Positions 1 through 8,593 of a stretch of 58,825 nt of DNA are shown in pieces (the stretch's first letter is position 1; the number at the start of each line of letters is the position of its first letter). The notes beneath the pieces were generated by a model. It made no database searches, was not told the origin of the DNA, and saw nothing but the letters and a program-made list of their open reading frames with translations. The DNA comes from a virus (lineage: Duplodnaviria; Caudoviricetes). Made by a program: the position numbers and the translations under genes. The stretch is taken from the IMG/VR virus record IMGVR_UViG_3300048996_000263, positions 1 through 58,825 of that record, one strand, 5' to 3'.

Positions 1-165
1 CTAGCGGGTGAGCGACCTCAACAGCGATCCCCACCCAGACCGGGTCACCGGTAGGGTGACACCCGGGTTCTTCGAGTCACGCAACCCGTCGAGCGTGTGA
101 GCCACCTCGACACAGTTGTCTGTCCCCTGTGATCGACTGGACTTCTTCCAGCGTCTGTCCTCCAT
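1..165 (-). CDS. DUF397 family protein (54 aa, not in ORF track)
   Basis: Translates MEDRRWKKSSRSQGTDNCVEVAHTLDGLRDSKNPG... with the WxKSSxS..NCVEVA..RDSKxP signature; GGAGG RBS; directly downstream of the XRE-DUF5753 gene. Confidence 0.9.
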   Translation of the reverse strand: MEDRRWKKSSRSQGTDNCVEVAHTLDGLRDSKNPGVTLPVTRSGWGSLLRSLTR

Positions 166-176
166 GAGTTCCTCCG

Positions 177-992
177 TCAGGTGATGCGCCTACGGAGGAT
201 CGTCGCAGACTCTTGATCGTCGGCGGCGGACTCCCAGAGATCAGCGAACGCTTTCAGGTAAACCTCGGTCTCGTCCGGCTCGTGGATGTACGTCGCGTCC
301 GTCAACCCTTCGAGGTAGACGCGAGTGATCGAGGCCGGGCTGGCGACCTTCACGATCCGGAACCCGACACCCAACGCCCGGTGCGCGCCAGCCGAGAACG
401 GCATGATCCGGATCGACACCGACGGCAACTCGGCCACGTCGAGCAGATGCCGCAGCTGCTGGCGCATCACCTCGGCGCCGCCGACCAGCGTGTGCACCGC
501 CGCCTCGCCCAGCAGGATCTTCACAGTCGGAGGGTCCGGGCGCTTCAGGATCGACTGCCGCGCCACCCGGTCGGCGACTCGCTCGCCCAGCTTCACCGTG
601 GACGATGTCCCCAGCAGGGCGCGGGCGTACCTCTCCGTCTGGACCAGGGAATGGATCAGGATGTCGTCGAAGAACAGGATCTCGTCGGCCTGCCGCTCGA
701 ACGTGATGTAGCTCTGCGCGAAGTCCGCCACATGCGCCGGGCTCTCCCGCTTCCGCGCCGCGATGGCCAGCAGGCGCAGCGTCGCCGCATCCTCAGCGTC
801 CAGCTTGTACAGCTCGGCGAGCCTGGCCGCTTCAGCCGGCACAATCCCGCGACCGCCGACCTCGACGCGACTGGCCTTGCCCTTGTACCAGTCGAGCTCT
901 TTCTCGACCTGGTCGGTGTCCAGTCCTGCCCGCTGTCGGAGGTTGCGCAGCATCTCGCCGAGGGCGGCCCGCTGCGGGTTGTGTGTCGCCAA
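177..992 (-). CDS. XRE-family HTH regulator with C-terminal DUF5753 domain
   Basis: N-terminal HTH (LRNLRQRAG...KASRVEVG) and C-terminal LVQTERYARALL, RVARQSIL, LGEAA, QLRHL, YLEGL motifs; likely TTG start at 992 behind GGAGG. Confidence 0.88.
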   Translation of the reverse strand: MATHNPQRAALGEMLRNLRQRAGLDTDQVEKELDWYKGKASRVEVGGRGIVPAEAARLAELYKLDAEDAATLRLLAIAARKRESPAHVADFAQSYITFERQADEILFFDDILIHSLVQTERYARALLGTSSTVKLGERVADRVARQSILKRPDPPTVKILLGEAAVHTLVGGAEVMRQQLRHLLDVAELPSVSIRIMPFSAGAHRALGVGFRIVKVASPASITRVYLEGLTDATYIHEPDETEVYLKAFADLWESAADDQESATILRRRIT

Positions 993-1239
993 TGTCCCTC
1001 CATCTGTCTGTCCGCTGCACATCATCCCCCGACGGCTCGCTATTCTGCATTCGCCCGATCGGGCCATCGCTTATTAGCCATCGCTCGTTGTACCGTGCTT
1101 GTAGGCCAACGCCGCTTTCGGTTCCTCCGGGACTGATGCGCCAGCGGCAGGCCCGGGACGGTGGCCGGTTACGCCGGTCATCGTTTCCCGGTAACCCAAA
1201 CGGGGTAGCCGGTATGCCTTTTCGGGGAGGCGAACGCAC

Positions 1240-1494
1240 ATGGCCATCACATGGCTACCAGGCTGGGAAACGATCCACATCGGTGACACCTACGGGAATC
1301 CGGTCACCGGCAAGGTCGGCCTAGTGCAGGTCGGGCGACAGACCAAGATCGGCGTCAAGTTCTGGCCGGGAACCAAGGTCGGTCCGAGCACCGACCCGCC
1401 CGACCAGACGATGGACCTGTACACCATCTCGGACTGTTTGACGTCGCTGAACAAGATCCGCAGTCAAGCGATCGCCCGCGGACTCCTGTCGTGA
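1240..1494 (+). CDS. Hypothetical protein (84 aa), first gene of divergent operon
   Basis: GGAGG RBS, ATG, GTGA overlap with next gene. Confidence 0.7.
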   Translation: MAITWLPGWETIHIGDTYGNPVTGKVGLVQVGRQTKIGVKFWPGTKVGPSTDPPDQTMDLYTISDCLTSLNKIRSQAIARGLLS

Positions 1495-1931
1495 CCGCCA
1501 CCGAGTGGCTCACCATCATGCTCATCGTGCTGACGGTCGAGCTCCTCTACCTGATCGGCGAGGCGCTCTACCACGCGTTCCGCCGCGAGCTCAACGCTGA
1601 CACTCTGCGCCACGTCCAGTCTGAGACCGCGCACTACGACTTCCTATACGGAGGCTCCGCCGCACAGGGCGTTGAGACTCCACTGTCCGCGCCCGGGTGC
1701 CCTTCACCACTTCACCCGGGCGCGGACCCCAATCCCCGGACCGCCGCACTCTCCTCCTCCCCTCCTTCCTGTGGAGAGGCCCTCCCCGGCAGTGGCGGTC
1801 CGGGCCAGAGCAGCCGATCGGAGCCGGTGCCCCCCGACCTGGCTCCGGTCGGTGTCGCACCTCACCCCCGAGGTGAGGGTGTCGGCGCGGCCTGCCCCCG
1901 ACAGGTCACGCCGACCATGGACGCGGCGTGA
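1491..1931 (+). CDS. Hypothetical protein with N-terminal TM helix and Pro-rich tail
   Basis: Hydrophobic WLTIMLIVLTVELLYLIG; coupled at both ends; 3' half coincides with a hairpin array. Confidence 0.55.
   Translation: MTATEWLTIMLIVLTVELLYLIGEALYHAFRRELNADTLRHVQSETAHYDFLYGGSAAQGVETPLSAPGCPSPLHPGADPNPRTAALSSSPPSCGEALPGSGGPGQSSRSEPVPPDLAPVGVAPHPRGEGVGAACPRQVTPTMDAA
1685..1915 (+). repeat. Array of five tandem hairpins with C-rich loops
   Basis: Stems 1685-1699/1713-1727 (15 bp perfect), 1736-1750/1791-1803, 1814-1825/1841-1852, 1860-1866/1872-1878, 1881-1894/1902-1915. Confidence 0.8.
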
Positions 1932-2302
1932 TGACCTCGCCGCAAGAGGACACTCCCCCGGCGCCCCGCAACGACTGGTTCGACACGCCACCCAAGCCCT
2001 CCCGGTTCGAATGGCGACGCGACCTGTGCTGCCCCTACCTCACACACTTCGCCAACGTCAACCGCTACCTGCATAAAGCCGCTGGGCTCCGCTGGGTGTT
2101 CGCCGTCTGCGACGCCGCCGTCGACCTCGACATGCCACCGGAGTACCCCGGCCTGACCGAACGCTGCCCGGACTGCCTGGACTGGGCACGCCAGCACGGA
2201 CACGAATACCAGGACCCAGCTGCGATGCGCGAGGCACGGCTACAGCGCCAGCAAGACGCCGTGGCCGAACTCGACCAAGCCATCAACGAGGACCGGCAAT
2301 GA
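1928..2302 (+). CDS. Putative zinc-finger protein (zf-HC3-like)
   Basis: H...AVC...CPDC ligand pattern; such proteins commonly neighbour actinobacterial XRE-DUF5753 genes. Confidence 0.55.
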   Translation: MMTSPQEDTPPAPRNDWFDTPPKPSRFEWRRDLCCPYLTHFANVNRYLHKAAGLRWVFAVCDAAVDLDMPPEYPGLTERCPDCLDWARQHGHEYQDPAAMREARLQRQQDAVAELDQAINEDRQ

Positions 2303-2550
2303 ACATCGACGCACTCAAAGCCGCGCTCATGGCGATACCCGACAGCCTCGTCGAGCTCCCCACCACCACAGTCGCCGACGGATACCGGGACGCACTGGCC
2401 AAGTTCGACCAGTTGATGAACAACTCCACCCACCCCCAAACAGCGGCGGTGTGGAGCTTGCTTGCCGAGCGCGCACAGCAGGCCTTCTATTTCGAGGGCG
2501 CCGAAGACCAAGTCCGGCTGGCGATGCAACAGCTCGTCGCGTCCCTGTAA
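2299..2550 (+). CDS. Hypothetical protein (83 aa)
   Basis: GAGGA RBS, ATGA overlap. Confidence 0.65.
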   Translation: MNIDALKAALMAIPDSLVELPTTTVADGYRDALAKFDQLMNNSTHPQTAAVWSLLAERAQQAFYFEGAEDQVRLAMQQLVASL

Positions 2551-2587
2551 CCCCCCCCCGAAAGCTAGTCAGAAAGGCGTCAGACAC

Positions 2588-2734
2588 ATGCCAACCACTT
2601 TCGCGGCACCCGTCGACGAGCCCACCGTGGACATCACGCCCGCAGCGTGTCCACTGACCGCGCAGCAGTGCACCATCGAGAAGTGTTACTACCTGAACGA
2701 CGAGAAAGCTCAAGCCGACTGCGATATCTGCTGA
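2588..2734 (+). CDS. Small Cys-rich peptide (48 aa)
   Basis: AGAAAGG RBS; MPTTFAAPVDEPTVDITPAACPLTAQQCTIEKCYYLNDEKAQADCDIC. Confidence 0.6.
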   Translation: MPTTFAAPVDEPTVDITPAACPLTAQQCTIEKCYYLNDEKAQADCDIC

Positions 2735-2806
2735 CGGTCAGCCCGTAACACCCTGGAGATCACCTAAGACAAGGCGAGGAGACACGTCATGCAGCAGGAG
2801 GTAGCC

Positions 2807-3142
2807 ATGAGCGAGCAGGCAGCGGAAACAGAACGCGCCAGAAACGCGCTCGCCACGATGGAAATCGTGGGCGTCATACTCCTGATAGCTGGCCTGATCG
2901 TCGGGTTCGCTGGTCACAAGACAGCGCAGTTCGGCGGCGCAGACTGCGGATCGGTCCTCGCGGGCGGCGGCGGCGAGCTCACCAACACCGGCTTCGCGTT
3001 GTGCGACAAGGTCATGTCAGCGCCCACTGCGTGGACGTTCATCCTGCTGATCTGTGCGGTACTTCTGCTGATCTGCGGGTGGATCGTCGACGCCGTCCAG
3101 GAGAGTGCCCACCAGGCGAAGCTCCGTAACCAGGCCGCCTGA
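2807..3142 (+). CDS. Two-TM membrane protein with CGS..C loop
   Basis: GGAGG RBS before ATG 2807; two hydrophobic segments flanking DCGSVL...LC. Confidence 0.7.
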   Translation: MSEQAAETERARNALATMEIVGVILLIAGLIVGFAGHKTAQFGGADCGSVLAGGGGELTNTGFALCDKVMSAPTAWTFILLICAVLLLICGWIVDAVQESAHQAKLRNQAA

Positions 3143-3151
3143 GAACGCCAA

Positions 3152-3193
3152 AAACGGCCCCACCCTCCCGATTAAGGGAAGGTGGGGCCGTTT
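3152..3193. terminator. Bidirectional intrinsic terminator between convergent genes
   Basis: AAACGGCCCCACC...GGTGGGGCCGTTT inverted repeat with A/T tails on both sides. Confidence 0.8.
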
Positions 3194-3214
3194 CAGTTTG
3201 TTCAGTCGACCGGA

Positions 3215-3532
3215 CTAGAAAAACTTGAACTGGTTGGTGCTGATCACCACCGGGATCTCTGGATTGTCGGTGACCCGGGCGCACACCCAAAACCTGCCGG
3301 CGGTCATTACGCCGTGCGGACTACCTGTCCCGACCAGCAGCGCGCCGAAGGTCTGGCCGTCGATGAACTCCCAGATCGCGGTCGACCACAGCACCGGTTC
3401 CACTGTCCGGACCGGCGTGAACCCCATGACGATCGGCAGGCCCGTCGGATCCACCAGGCCGGACGTGTCACGCGCGCCGATGGGCAGCCGCACATAGTCC
3501 TTGGACCACACGGGCATCTCTGTCCTGAGCAT
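3215..3532 (-). CDS. Tail-fibre-associated protein (105 aa)
   Basis: TGATG coupling to upstream fibre gene; W...LLVG....G.FWV.ARVTDNPEIPV pattern typical of the last late gene in actinophages. Confidence 0.65.
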   Translation of the reverse strand: MLRTEMPVWSKDYVRLPIGARDTSGLVDPTGLPIVMGFTPVRTVEPVLWSTAIWEFIDGQTFGALLVGTGSPHGVMTAGRFWVCARVTDNPEIPVVISTNQFKFF

Positions 3533-5076
3533 CACTCGACCCCCGCTCGTCCGCTGGACCACTTCACGTAAGCCGCGCCTGCGGTCCACTTCGTTCGTGC
3601 TGAGCCAGCCGACCACTTCGCGTGTGCCGGCCCGGCGGTGAGCATCAGGTCCCGCTCTGGCACGAGGCTTGCCGTCAGCAGGCTGACTGCTATCAACGCC
3701 GCGGCGGCCGATGCTGTTCGTGTCGGCCCGGCGGTGAGATTCGATGTTCCGGCGAGGACTGCCGCCCCGATCGCCGTCACGACAGCGCCGGCCTGCAAGA
3801 CGCTGTTAGCCGCCAGGTCGGCGCCGGCCGGCCGGGACGGTGTGCCCGCCGCAGTCAGTGCGGACAAGGCGGCCAGGGTCGCTGCCCCGGTTACGCTTCC
3901 GCCCGGTGCGGCTGTCACCGACGAGTCCGCGGATAGGGTCGCCACGGCGAACCGGACGGCCATCGCCGCGGCCGTGAGCGATGAGGTAGCGGACAGCGTG
4001 GCGGCGCCGGCAGAGACCGCGGTCCCGGCGACCGTGAGTGTGGACGTCGCGGCGAGAGTGGCGTCTGCGGGCAGGATCGCGCCGGAGCTGGCGGTCAGTG
4101 TGCTGCCGGCAGTCAGGGTGGCCGCGCCGAACGTGGTCCGGTCGGCGGCCGCCGTGAGAGTCGAGCCCGCGGACAAGGTCCCCGCGCCCGTGGTCGTGAC
4201 TGTTCCGGAGGTTGTAAGGCTTGAGGTGGCGCCGAGCGTTGCCGCGACCGGCTTGACCACAACACCAGCTGTCGTGACAGTCGAGTCCGCGGTGAGGGTC
4301 GCAGCAGGTAGGACGATCCGGGTGGCCCCGGCCGTCAGCGTTGAGTCGGCTGTCAGGGTCGCTGACGAGATTGCGATGACGAACCCGGCGACCGTCAGGG
4401 ACGAGGTCGCGGTGAGCGTGGCGTCCCCGTTGACCGTGCTGCCGCCGGCGGCCTTCATCTCCAGCGCGATGGCGACGAACTTCAGGCCGGTGGGCGCGCT
4501 GTAACCGACGGCCTTGGACACCGCGGTCCCGGCGTCGAGGTGGTGCGTGACGTACCAGCCGTACTGGCCCGTGTTGAAGCCGACCTCATCCTCAGTTGCG
4601 GTACCGGCGTTGGTGCGCGCTGTGCGCGACGCGTTGGAGACCGCGTTCCAATCTCCGACGCCGAAGATGACGCAGCTGTTGGCCTGCTGCGGGGTGATGT
4701 TCAGAGTTGACGCGCCGGTACCGTTTCCGGTGGCGGTCGCACCTGGACCGGACGATCCCGAGACGACGAGGCAGCTCGGTCCCCACTGGTTCGACGTCGC
4801 CGACCGGGCGACTGTGAGCGTGGATGTCTGCCCGGAACCGACTGCCGTATGCCAGGCGGAGATCCAGCAGTTCGCGCCCACGTTGACCGGGCCGACCTGT
4901 GTCCACGAGAGACCCGTACCGCCTGTGGGCGCGGTGGCCGTGGAGGTCTGGTCAGCTGTGATAGCGAAGACGACGACGTAGTCACCGGCGACCATGACGA
5001 CGTTGTTGAAGGTTTTCGGCGTAGTCGTGGTGTTGAACGCCGCGGAGGGCGTGTACTTGGTTGCGGTGATCGCCAC
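3532..5076 (-). CDS. Putative tail fibre / adhesin with 20-aa Ala/Thr repeats
   Basis: N-terminal ~210-aa beta-rich domain then about 13 repeats of ATLxAxSxLT with 20-aa period. Confidence 0.7.
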   Translation of the reverse strand: MAITATKYTPSAAFNTTTTPKTFNNVVMVAGDYVVVFAITADQTSTATAPTGGTGLSWTQVGPVNVGANCWISAWHTAVGSGQTSTLTVARSATSNQWGPSCLVVSGSSGPGATATGNGTGASTLNITPQQANSCVIFGVGDWNAVSNASRTARTNAGTATEDEVGFNTGQYGWYVTHHLDAGTAVSKAVGYSAPTGLKFVAIALEMKAAGGSTVNGDATLTATSSLTVAGFVIAISSATLTADSTLTAGATRIVLPAATLTADSTVTTAGVVVKPVAATLGATSSLTTSGTVTTTGAGTLSAGSTLTAAADRTTFGAATLTAGSTLTASSGAILPADATLAATSTLTVAGTAVSAGAATLSATSSLTAAAMAVRFAVATLSADSSVTAAPGGSVTGAATLAALSALTAAGTPSRPAGADLAANSVLQAGAVVTAIGAAVLAGTSNLTAGPTRTASAAAALIAVSLLTASLVPERDLMLTAGPAHAKWSAGSARTKWTAGAAYVKWSSGRAGVE

Positions 5077-5090
5077 GCCAAATCACCTCC

Positions 5091-5390
5091 TCAGAAGAAG
5101 CCCGGACCGAGGGCCTTCTTGATGCTGGTCCGGAAGTTCTTCGTCGAGGCGAGGGTGGCGTTGCCGCGGTAGATCTGCTTCAGTTGGTTCAGGTCCGCGA
5201 GCATCGCCACCACATCGTCTGCTTCGGCCGGCGAGTAGTTGAATGGCGCCGCCTGGAACTGGGCGCTGGTCATTCCGCCGACCGCGTCGGTGTGCTGATC
5301 GATCTGCGCCAGCACGTTCTCCAGCCCTCGCGCGATCCGGCCCAGGGCTTCGTTCTCGGTCGACTTGTCCTGCTGGATACCGATTGCCAC
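5091..5390 (-). CDS. Hypothetical virion-associated protein (99 aa)
   Basis: GTG start after the stop of the upstream gene; in late operon. Confidence 0.6.
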   Translation of the reverse strand: MAIGIQQDKSTENEALGRIARGLENVLAQIDQHTDAVGGMTSAQFQAAPFNYSPAEADDVVAMLADLNQLKQIYRGNATLASTKNFRTSIKKALGPGFF

Positions 5391-5398
5391 GATGCCCC

Positions 5399-5791
5399 CT
5401 AGCCAAGTGCGAGTGTGATTGCCCCGACCGCGAACGACAGGGTGTCGCCGAGCGCCGTGGTCTTCGATGCTGTGAGCGCGCCGAACCATGCGCGTCGTGG
5501 CGAGCCGTTCGAGTCGTACACCTCAACCGAGGTCGTCGTCGCCGCGGGCATGTTGGTGAAGTTGATCGCCCCGGTTGTCGTGATGGTCCCGTTGGTCGAG
5601 TTCGCAGGGAGCGCGGTGGTCAGGTTCTGTCGCGCGTAGCTGCCGCCGACCACCTCCGTGCCCGCCGCCGACGCGGTGCCGGTGGTGGTGAAACAGCCCA
5701 ACATCATGGGTGTGGTCGGCGGGGTGAACGTGGCCTTGCCGAGCGAAGCGTCGGTGAGACGCCCCGCTTCGGCCTGGGCGAGAGCAGGCAT
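5399..5791 (-). CDS. Phage tail fibre-associated structural protein
   Basis: GTEVVGGSYARQ...INF..MP...GAL..SKT...GDTLSF..GAIT motif of a widespread phage fibre family. Confidence 0.7.
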   Translation of the reverse strand: MPALAQAEAGRLTDASLGKATFTPPTTPMMLGCFTTTGTASAAGTEVVGGSYARQNLTTALPANSTNGTITTTGAINFTNMPAATTTSVEVYDSNGSPRRAWFGALTASKTTALGDTLSFAVGAITLALG

Positions 5792-5792
5792 G

Positions 5793-6005
5793 TCAGCCGT
5801 CCTTCGTGGTCAGGTGGACACGGAGCTCGTCGCCGATCACCCCGTCAGCACCGGAGATCTGCGCTGCGCACACCTCGCAGCCGGTGGCCAGGGCGTGGCA
5901 GTCCATGTGCCAGTACACGTCCGAGCCGTCGGGTAGCCCGACGACGTGACGGGGATGGTCATCGGACTGCGTGCAGCCGATGCACACCCTGATCGGGTTG
6001 ACCAT
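5793..6005 (-). CDS. Small Cys/His conserved phage protein
   Basis: CIGCTQSDDHPRH...HMDC...GCEVC. Confidence 0.65.
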   Translation of the reverse strand: MVNPIRVCIGCTQSDDHPRHVVGLPDGSDVYWHMDCHALATGCEVCAAQISGADGVIGDELRVHLTTKDG

Positions 6006-6008
6006 CGA

Positions 6009-6263
6009 TCAGGCTCCGTAGGTCGGGGGCTTCGCCGAGCCCAGCAGGAGACGGGTGAGCCAGTCGGGAAGCTTCGCCTCGACCGCGCGCAGCAGCGGGT
6101 ACACGACAGCGAGGACGGTCGGGTAGGCCACGGTCTCCCAGAAGACGTTGAGCGTGACGCCGACGCCCTCAGGCAGTGCGAAGTGGACCATCAGGTATGT
6201 GACGAGCGCAGCCCACGCGCCGGGCAGGACAGTGCGCAGCCACGAGATCACCTTGTCAGACAT
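6009..6263 (-). CDS. Putative holin
   Basis: 84 aa, 2 TM segments, directly after the endolysin; ends LLG..KPPTY. Confidence 0.75.
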   Translation of the reverse strand: MSDKVISWLRTVLPGAWAALVTYLMVHFALPEGVGVTLNVFWETVAYPTVLAVVYPLLRAVEAKLPDWLTRLLLGSAKPPTYGA

Positions 6264-6266
6264 GGG

Positions 6267-7130
6267 TTAGCTTCCTTCCGTAGCGGCGCGACCAAACGCG
6301 CCGAGCACGATCTCTTTGACCTGAGCAGGGGTCACGCCTGTCACGCCGCGCGCTTCCAGTTCGGCGGCAAGCGCCGCTTCATCGACGTCGGCCACTGGCC
6401 GGCTCTTCAGCAGGTTCACGTCGGCGCGTAAGGAGGCCAGCTCGGTGAGGATGGTCCGGGCGTAGCTCTGGGTGTTGGCCAGCGTCGAGCCGACGGTGTC
6501 CTTGATTTCAGCGGTGTTCGGCCAGATGAACGCCCGCATCGAGTCGTTTAGGTCCACGTCTTCCTCCTGTGGTGCGTCGAGTCCGGCGAGGACGCGGGCG
6601 CGCGGGATGATGACTTCGATGAGTTGCCGGATACGGCGGTCGCCCGGACAGACCTTGCCCACCGAGGACGACCACAGCTCTCCGCCGGAGACCCGGCCGC
6701 CGAACGCGTAGCCGCCGAAGTTCCCGTCGCAGCCCTGCCGGTGGTAAGCGATACCTCGCGACCCCGGCCGGGAGTCGGGGCACAGCACGATCGGGATCCC
6801 GTGCGCCCGGTGACAGAACAGGATGATCAGTGCGATCGCCTCGCACTGTTGCGCCGTGAACGCCGGGACGTTCGAGCCTGACCAGGAACCGTAAGCGGCG
6901 CCGTGGTCCTCATTCTCGATCGCGATAACCCTGGGGTTTCCGTTCAGGTTCGCGGCCGACCTGTACTGCGTGTCCCGCGACTGGATGATCTGTCCGCTGG
7001 CGCGCGTGGAGAAATGCGCAGCCGAGGCGGGTGCGTAGCCGACGATCGTGTGCACACACACGATGTCGTAGCGAGCCATGTTCGTTCCGGCGCCGATCAG
7101 TTGGTGCGTAACCCCAGGCATCAACGCCAT
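6267..7130 (-). CDS. Endolysin, N-acetylmuramoyl-L-alanine amidase (Amidase_2/PGRP-like)
   Basis: CVHT, SAAHF, IAIENE, IAYH, KVCPG zinc-amidase motifs. Confidence 0.9.
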   Translation of the reverse strand: MALMPGVTHQLIGAGTNMARYDIVCVHTIVGYAPASAAHFSTRASGQIIQSRDTQYRSAANLNGNPRVIAIENEDHGAAYGSWSGSNVPAFTAQQCEAIALIILFCHRAHGIPIVLCPDSRPGSRGIAYHRQGCDGNFGGYAFGGRVSGGELWSSSVGKVCPGDRRIRQLIEVIIPRARVLAGLDAPQEEDVDLNDSMRAFIWPNTAEIKDTVGSTLANTQSYARTILTELASLRADVNLLKSRPVADVDEAALAAELEARGVTGVTPAQVKEIVLGAFGRAATEGS

Positions 7131-7495
7131 CAGATCTCCCTTGCCTGACGGAGTCGCTCGTTTACTTCTTGCTGCTCGGCGAGCTCCTTACTCATCTGAC
7201 CGACCTGGTTGCGCAAGCCCTGGATCTCGGACTGCGCGGATTGGAGTTGCTCGCCGAGGCCGTCTGCACGTTTGTTCGCCGAGGCCAGCTTGATTTCCAG
7301 GAGTTCGATCTGCTTCTGCGCCGGCTCCAGCAGGCTGACCGCGGCAGCAGACAGGACCTGCGCGGCGTCCGCCTCAGTCTTACGTCCTTCGGCGGTCAGC
7401 TTCTTCAACTGGCCGCGCACGGTGAACAGCGCGCCCAGGCCGCTGAGGGCGCCGATGACTGCGACTGCGACTGCGACCCACAGCGATGCGTTCAC
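7130..7495 (-). CDS. Membrane-anchored coiled-coil protein (lysis cassette)
   Basis: GTG start, N-terminal TM, long heptad-rich tail. Confidence 0.7.
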   Translation of the reverse strand: MNASLWVAVAVAVIGALSGLGALFTVRGQLKKLTAEGRKTEADAAQVLSAAAVSLLEPAQKQIELLEIKLASANKRADGLGEQLQSAQSEIQGLRNQVGQMSKELAEQQEVNERLRQAREI

Positions 7496-7926
7496 CCATC
7501 CTCCACTTGTCTTGTTGAACCGATTAGGGTGGCTGCGGCTTGAACCCGCTTCATCTCGCGTCCGATCTGGACAGACCGCCAGATCGCGGCGGCGGCGAAT
7601 CCCCACAGGAAGCCGCCCCAATACAGGCCGCGTTCTCCCACCGTGGTGAGCAATCCTCCGAACAGGACCCAGAGCCCGGCCAGCATCACCAGTCCGGCGC
7701 GTTCGATCAGTGGTCCAGCGAGGGACGGCCAGAACGTGCCGACCAGCGTGACCGCTGACCCTGCCACAGTCCCGCCGTAGAGGATGTACCCGAATAGGTC
7801 AGGGAATTGACCGAAGACGGTGGACGCCGCCCGCTGGTAGTTGATGATGCTGTTCACGCCGGACACGAGACACCAGGCGAGGATCATGACCTCGAACGGA
7901 TGGCGTCCAGATTTGATCACGATCAT
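7492..7926 (-). CDS. Four-TM membrane protein (lysis cassette)
   Basis: Four hydrophobic segments; overlaps next start. Confidence 0.75.
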   Translation of the reverse strand: MIVIKSGRHPFEVMILAWCLVSGVNSIINYQRAASTVFGQFPDLFGYILYGGTVAGSAVTLVGTFWPSLAGPLIERAGLVMLAGLWVLFGGLLTTVGERGLYWGGFLWGFAAAAIWRSVQIGREMKRVQAAATLIGSTRQVEDG

Positions 7927-7957
7927 GCGGGCCCCCGATGGCCGGTAGTCGTGTAGG

Positions 7958-8593
7958 TCAGATGGCGTTCAGGTAAACCGGTGTGCAGTAGGCGTTCAGG
8001 CCAGTCCCGACCGCGGACCTGCGCTGCATGATCCGGATCGCGTAGAACTGACCGGCCGCCGCAATCGGAAGAGTGAACGTCCCGCTGTACACCGTGTACA
8101 CAGTGGACGAGTCGGACACGTCATCGTTAGACAGGAACGTTGAGTCGGCGACCACAGTCCACGGCTGTCCAAACCCAGGCGCCCACTCAAGCCTGCACTC
8201 GGAGAACGTGTCCGAGAACTCGGTACCAGCCACGTACGCCCATTCGACGGTTTGGGTGTAGGCGTATCCGGCCCACAGCCACATCTCCGTGAAGGTCGTG
8301 GTGGTGGCTTTCATCAACGGCAGGAACGGGTACACGGGGTAGGCGTTGGTCGGCGCGGCCAATCCCCATCCAGACACGGTGTCGTTCTTCAGCAGGTCGT
8401 TGCCGGACGAGTCTCGGACGACCACCGAGGACTTCCCGGGGTCTGCCGGTAGAGGCGTTACCTCCAGCAGTGCTGTTCCCGTGGCGGGGTCGGTCACGGC
8501 CACGTTGCTGACGGTGCGCCGCTCCCATTCCCTTGCCCGCTGCAGCAACCGGTCCAGGCGAGCCGACTCTCCCTCAGATCCGGGGGTCATCAT
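7958..8593 (-). CDS. Minor tail protein, paralog 3
   Basis: Shares ERRTxSNxAVTxPxTG...RDSxGN N-terminus with the two upstream genes. Confidence 0.75.
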   Translation of the reverse strand: MMTPGSEGESARLDRLLQRAREWERRTVSNVAVTDPATGTALLEVTPLPADPGKSSVVVRDSSGNDLLKNDTVSGWGLAAPTNAYPVYPFLPLMKATTTTFTEMWLWAGYAYTQTVEWAYVAGTEFSDTFSECRLEWAPGFGQPWTVVADSTFLSNDDVSDSSTVYTVYSGTFTLPIAAAGQFYAIRIMQRRSAVGTGLNAYCTPVYLNAI

